Of a stretch of DNA of 64,000 nucleotides, positions 59,893 to 64,000 are shown piece after piece. The stretch lies in NCBI GenBank assembly GCA_963771275.1, contig CAVYSW010000003.1:224001-288000 (forward strand), read 5' to 3'. The notes beneath the pieces are model-generated. The model saw only the letters and a program-made list of their open reading frames with translations, was not told where the DNA came from and ran no database searches. Within the stretch, counting starts at the first letter, position 1. Each line of letters starts with the position of its first letter. This stretch comes from an uncultured Gemmatimonadales bacterium. Lineage in GTDB: Bacteria; Gemmatimonadota; Gemmatimonadetes; Gemmatimonadales; GWC2-71-9. The position numbers were made by a program, and so were the translations under genes.

Positions 59893-61448
59893 CGCGCACC
59901 TCCCTCGGGAATCCGCAGGATTGCCGGCGGCAGGGTCGACCGGTCGGCGCTCGTGCCGAGCCCCAGGCGGATCCCGGCACTGAGCCGCACCTGGTTCCAG
60001 GAGAACTGCGCGGCATCGGGATACTCCGTTCCGCCGACGACCACCTTGCGGTCGCCCCCGCGCGCCTCATCGTAGTACAGCACGCCACCGAACACCCGGA
60101 GCTCGTCGAGCACCTGCGCATCGACGTCGAGGGCGTATTGCCAGACGCTCGCGTCGTTGAAGCGCAGCTCGAGCGCGCGCTGCAGGTTGGCGATGCTGCC
60201 GCGGACCGCCACCCGCGGGATCGGCCGCCAGAACACGCTGCCGTCGATCCCCAGCGCCCCGGCGCCCGGGCCGGTCTCGATGTGGTAGTCCGCCGTCGCG
60301 ATCAGATTCGCGGAGCGCATGTAGGTGGCCCCGAGACTGCCGCGCCAGCCGGACGTCTCGATCGAAACCAACGGCGTTGCGGTCTCGGTGTTGGCGTACT
60401 CGTAGACCTCGCCCCGCGCTCGCACCTGCACGCGGTTCATCAGGTGCATGGTGAGCGACCCGAACGCCGCGTGGTACGGGACGGGACTGAACACGCCCCA
60501 GATGCTCCACGAGTCGAAGTGCGGCCGATACCGCCGGCCGCCCACCGCAGCCGTCGCCCCGGTCCCCGGAATCGCGACCGCGAGCTGGCCTTCGGCGCTG
60601 CCCCACTCGCCGAACACCAGGTCGTAGTCCGCGCCCCCGGACACGGTGACCCCCCGCCACGGGCGCAGCACCACGTCCGCGCCGAGCTGCTCCGACGCGA
60701 CCCGGCTGGTGGTCCCCGACGGCCCCATGGCGTCCATCTCGCGTTCGTACAGGACCGTGGCCTGCATCCACCGCAGGTTCCAGCCGACGTCGCCGCCGAC
60801 CAGCACGCCGCGCTTGCTGGGACGAAACTCGTTCAGCGGATTGAGCAGGGAGTCGGTCACGCTCAGCAGGGCCCCGCGCGCCAGCGCCCACCCCCCGTAC
60901 ACCGCCGCGCTCACCTTGCCACTGAGCGGCCGCACACGGACTCGGGCCCCGTCAAAGCCGGTGTATCCCAGGCGCGACGTTTCGATCAGGCGCCCACCCT
61001 GCGCCATCGCCAGGCCGCGCACATACTCGGCGTAGCCTTCGACGAGCTGCAGCGTGGGCTGGGTGGCCGGCCACGCGTCCGGATTGGCCAGGTCGGTCAC
61101 CACGCGCGCGCGCGCCCGGGCGCTGAGCCCCGGAACGCCGAAGTCCCACGCGGACAAATCGGCCGTCGTGACGAACGGCTGGCCCTGCTGCGCGGCGCCT
61201 GGCGTGTAGTAGCGACAATACGCGTCGCCGGTCGGGCAGGTCACCGCGTACCCATCCGCGGTCTGCAGGCCGCCCCCCGGTCCCAGCACGACGTCCGTGA
61301 CCGGGACGCTGTCGAGCTGCCAGCCGCGATACTTCACGGACTGGAATCGCGACTCGATGCGCACGCGGTACCCCTGGCCCCAGAGTGGAGCCGTCTGGAG
61401 CGCGAGCCCCACGAGCACCGCCAGCGCGAACACCCTGGACCGTCTCAC
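59889..61448 (-). CDS. Putative outer-membrane beta-barrel (porin-like) protein
   Basis: GGAGG RBS and GTG 61448; signal peptide; many alternating amphipathic strands rich in G/Y/W; no heme motif; lies between multiheme genes. Confidence 0.65.
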   Translation of the reverse strand: MRRSRVFALAVLVGLALQTAPLWGQGYRVRIESRFQSVKYRGWQLDSVPVTDVVLGPGGGLQTADGYAVTCPTGDAYCRYYTPGAAQQGQPFVTTADLSAWDFGVPGLSARARARVVTDLANPDAWPATQPTLQLVEGYAEYVRGLAMAQGGRLIETSRLGYTGFDGARVRVRPLSGKVSAAVYGGWALARGALLSVTDSLLNPLNEFRPSKRGVLVGGDVGWNLRWMQATVLYEREMDAMGPSGTTSRVASEQLGADVVLRPWRGVTVSGGADYDLVFGEWGSAEGQLAVAIPGTGATAAVGGRRYRPHFDSWSIWGVFSPVPYHAAFGSLTMHLMNRVQVRARGEVYEYANTETATPLVSIETSGWRGSLGATYMRSANLIATADYHIETGPGAGALGIDGSVFWRPIPRVAVRGSIANLQRALELRFNDASVWQYALDVDAQVLDELRVFGGVLYYDEARGGDRKVVVGGTEYPDAAQFSWNQVRLSAGIRLGLGTSADRSTLPPAILRIPEGGAR

Positions 61449-61548
61449 CAGCCCTCCTCCGTGTGGGCAGCCCCGTCCGGCTGCCGGTTCCTCACCGATT
61501 CGCCTCACGCGTTCCGCCGTGAGGGCTCGCTCCGCCCCGCGGCGCGGG

Positions 61549-63999
61549 TCAGCGGTAGCCGAACAGCATCGAATAGACGATCAGCGCAATCAGGGTCAAC
61601 CCGACCGCCAGCGCGGTGAAGCCGAACACTTTGAACGCACGCTCCAGCTTGGTCGGATAGGGCTCCACGAGCGACTTCTCCAGCTCGCCGCTCCGGACGA
61701 GCTCCTCGTACTCACGTGGCTTGTCCCGCTTGAGCTCTTCCAGCGGTACCCGTCCCGTGAAGATGACCGGGTCCATCGGGAACTTGTCCGGTCGGAAGTG
61801 CGTGTTGAAGAAGTGCACCGTGAAGATGAACGCCACCGCCAGCAACGCCTCGTCGCTGTGCAGGATCGTCGCCACGTTCACGGTCCAGCCCGGCAGCACC
61901 TTCGTGAAGACCTCGGGGAACCACAGCAGCAGCCCCGTCGAGCCGATGATGAACATCCCCCAGAACACGGCGAAGTAGTCGAATTTCTCCCAGTACGTGA
62001 ACCGCCCGTACGCCGGTCGCGGGCCGCGGCCGAAGAACCACCGGACCGACTGCAGGAAATCCGTGAGATCCTGCTTGGTGAAGACCAGGGAGTCGTCGGT
62101 CTGCATGAAGCGCAGCCAGGAGAGCCCCGACGCGCGCTTGCGCGTGCGCACGTCCCACAGGTGCAGCGCGAAGATCGTGAGCAGTGTGACGGCGCCCAGG
62201 CGATGCAGGACGCCGGTCGTCGAGAAGCCCCCCACGAACGCCGCGGCGGCCTGGGCCCATCCCATGTAGGAGAACTTCAGCACCATGCCGGTCAGCGCGA
62301 GCGTGAAGAAGCTCAGCAGCATGACGCCGTGCATCGACCGTTCCCACACGCTGAACCGACGATGCAGCTTCTCGCCGGGCGCGGCGGCGCGGTGATAGCG
62401 CCATTGCTCGGGCTCGCGCCACAGCCGCCACAGCCACGCGAGCGTGTGCACGACGGCGAAGGTGAGGGTGCCGATGAGGAGCGCCGTCATGCCCCAGAAC
62501 GTCCAGAACAGGAACGGGTACTTCCGGGCGTCGTGGTGGGTCGCGTGGGTCAGATAGCCGGCGAACCGCCGGTTGGCGCCCGCGTGGCACTTGGCGCACG
62601 TGCCCACGATGTTCCGCCGGCTGAGCGTGGAGGCGGGCTCGTCCGGGGGCAGGATGTTGTGCGCGCCGTGGCAATCCGAGCACTTCGCGGCCCCGGCGTC
62701 GCCCAGGCGCGACACCTTGCCGTGGAACGTGTCGAAGAACCGCTCCGCTTCCTGCTCATGGCACTGGCCGCACTGGTTCATCATCATCAGCCGGAAGTTC
62801 CCCGCGTCGGTCCGGCTGATGGTGTGCGACGTGTGGCAGTCCCGGCAGCTCGGGAGCCGCTTCGTCGTGTCGCCCCCGAGATCCGCGGTGGCATGGATGC
62901 TCTGGAGGAACTGCGCCTCGATGCCGTCGTGGCAGGCGCCGCACGTCGTGCCGACGTTGCGCGGGTTGATCGTCGAGAGCGTGTCCTCGGGAGGCAGCGG
63001 CCGGTGCGCCGTGTGGCAGTTGCTGCAGGTGGCGGTCACCAGGAGGCCGCTCTGGATCAGGCCCTTGCCGTGGATGCTCTCCTGGTAGGACCGCACGATG
63101 TCGGGATGGTCGGCGGCAATCCGCACGGCGGCCTTCTCGCCCGCCCGGTGACAGCGGGCGCAGAGCGCGGGCACGTTGCGCGGGAACGTCGGTGACGTCG
63201 GGTCCGTCCGGCCCTTGGTCGCGTGGTCGTCGTGGCAATCGAGACACTTCGGCGCGTCGGGATCCCCCTGGGCCGCCAGCTGGCCGTGCCGGCTCACCTG
63301 GTTGTCCGCGACCTCCTGCGCGTGGCACACGCTGCAGTCCACCCGGTCCGCCCGGGAGGTGGAGCACGCGCGCACGCGCGACGGCGTGACATCGGTGTGG
63401 CACTGGGCGCAGGCCGTCTGGGCGTGCATCGAGGCGGCGTACGCCTCGGGATCCACGTACAGGGATGTGGAGTCGCCGTTCGCGATCCCGCGCAGCTCGG
63501 GGTTGGCGTGGCAGCGGAAACAGTCCTGATTCGCGGCGCCAGCCGTGTAGAGCACCCGGCGGATCTTGTGCGGCGAATGACAGTCGACGCAGGCCGGAAT
63601 TCGGTTGGGCTCGGACTCCCACAGGCGGCCTTCGATCACCTTGCGATGGACCTGTTCGATCAGCCCGTGACACTGGGTGCAGGTCTTGGCGATGTTCGCG
63701 CGGTTGATGCTCGAGCGCGGGTCCGTGTGGGGGAGGATGAGGTGGGACGTATGGCACGACGTACAGACCGCCGTGACGGTGAGCCCCTGCTGCAGCAGGC
63801 CCGCCCCATGGATCGACTCGGAGTAGTTCTCGAGGATCCGGTCCTGGGGAATGTTGAAGCTGCGCGAAACCGGCGTCCCCTCGTGATGGCACTCCCCGCA
63901 CAGGAACGGGATGTTGGTCACGGCCGTGCGGGACTTCGGGTCGCTGGGCGCCTTGACGTCGTGCGTCCCGTGGCAGTCGCGGCAGGTCGGCGCCAGCCG
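61549..63999 (-). CDS. Large multiheme cytochrome c fused to a b-type membrane domain (CbcL-like); 5' end outside window
   Basis: Frame open to the window edge; 16 CxxCH counted, including CRDCH upstream of the ORF-track start. C-terminal TM domain has ERSMH, LHRLG, YWEKFDYFAVFWG, LHSDEALLA and HFFNTH. Confidence 0.9.
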   Translation of the reverse strand, partial: RLAPTCRDCHGTHDVKAPSDPKSRTAVTNIPFLCGECHHEGTPVSRSFNIPQDRILENYSESIHGAGLLQQGLTVTAVCTSCHTSHLILPHTDPRSSINRANIAKTCTQCHGLIEQVHRKVIEGRLWESEPNRIPACVDCHSPHKIRRVLYTAGAANQDCFRCHANPELRGIANGDSTSLYVDPEAYAASMHAQTACAQCHTDVTPSRVRACSTSRADRVDCSVCHAQEVADNQVSRHGQLAAQGDPDAPKCLDCHDDHATKGRTDPTSPTFPRNVPALCARCHRAGEKAAVRIAADHPDIVRSYQESIHGKGLIQSGLLVTATCSNCHTAHRPLPPEDTLSTINPRNVGTTCGACHDGIEAQFLQSIHATADLGGDTTKRLPSCRDCHTSHTISRTDAGNFRLMMMNQCGQCHEQEAERFFDTFHGKVSRLGDAGAAKCSDCHGAHNILPPDEPASTLSRRNIVGTCAKCHAGANRRFAGYLTHATHHDARKYPFLFWTFWGMTALLIGTLTFAVVHTLAWLWRLWREPEQWRYHRAAAPGEKLHRRFSVWERSMHGVMLLSFFTLALTGMVLKFSYMGWAQAAAAFVGGFSTTGVLHRLGAVTLLTIFALHLWDVRTRKRASGLSWLRFMQTDDSLVFTKQDLTDFLQSVRWFFGRGPRPAYGRFTYWEKFDYFAVFWGMFIIGSTGLLLWFPEVFTKVLPGWTVNVATILHSDEALLAVAFIFTVHFFNTHFRPDKFPMDPVIFTGRVPLEELKRDKPREYEELVRSGELEKSLVEPYPTKLERAFKVFGFTALAVGLTLIALIVYSMLFGYR

Positions 64000-64000
64000 C

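Overview
High-GC bacterial DNA, most likely Gemmatimonadota. This assignment is an inference from recalled signatures in RpoC, RpoB and EF-Tu, not from a search. 1-33.4 kb is core information-processing DNA, almost all on the minus strand: partial trpS, suhB, a hypothetical gene, map-adk-secY, the spc, S10 and str clusters, rpoBC, rplL-J-A-K, nusG, secE, rpmG, four tRNAs and cysS. 33.5-36 kb holds pspA preceded by five tandem, divergent paralogous single-pass membrane proteins that share an E-[LV]-x-E-R-x-[DE]-F-[AT]-E-R-x-L motif, a candidate non-canonical Psp envelope-stress system. 36-44.7 kb has uvrA divergent from a translationally coupled operon of CutA, TPR protein, degenerate macrodomain, transglutaminase-like protein and ABC exporter. 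44.8-64 kb is an electron-transfer region: cytochrome c maturation genes with a Cys-type CcmE, a Rieske/cytochrome b complex with 9-heme and 4-heme c-type partners, an inserted CobB/methyltransferase/decarboxylase/transporter block, and a putative porin-cytochrome conduit (CbcL-like fusion with at least 16 CxxCH, beta-barrel, 9-heme and 4-heme cytochromes). I count at least 42 CxxCH motifs. No CRISPR array, rRNA or mobile element was seen.
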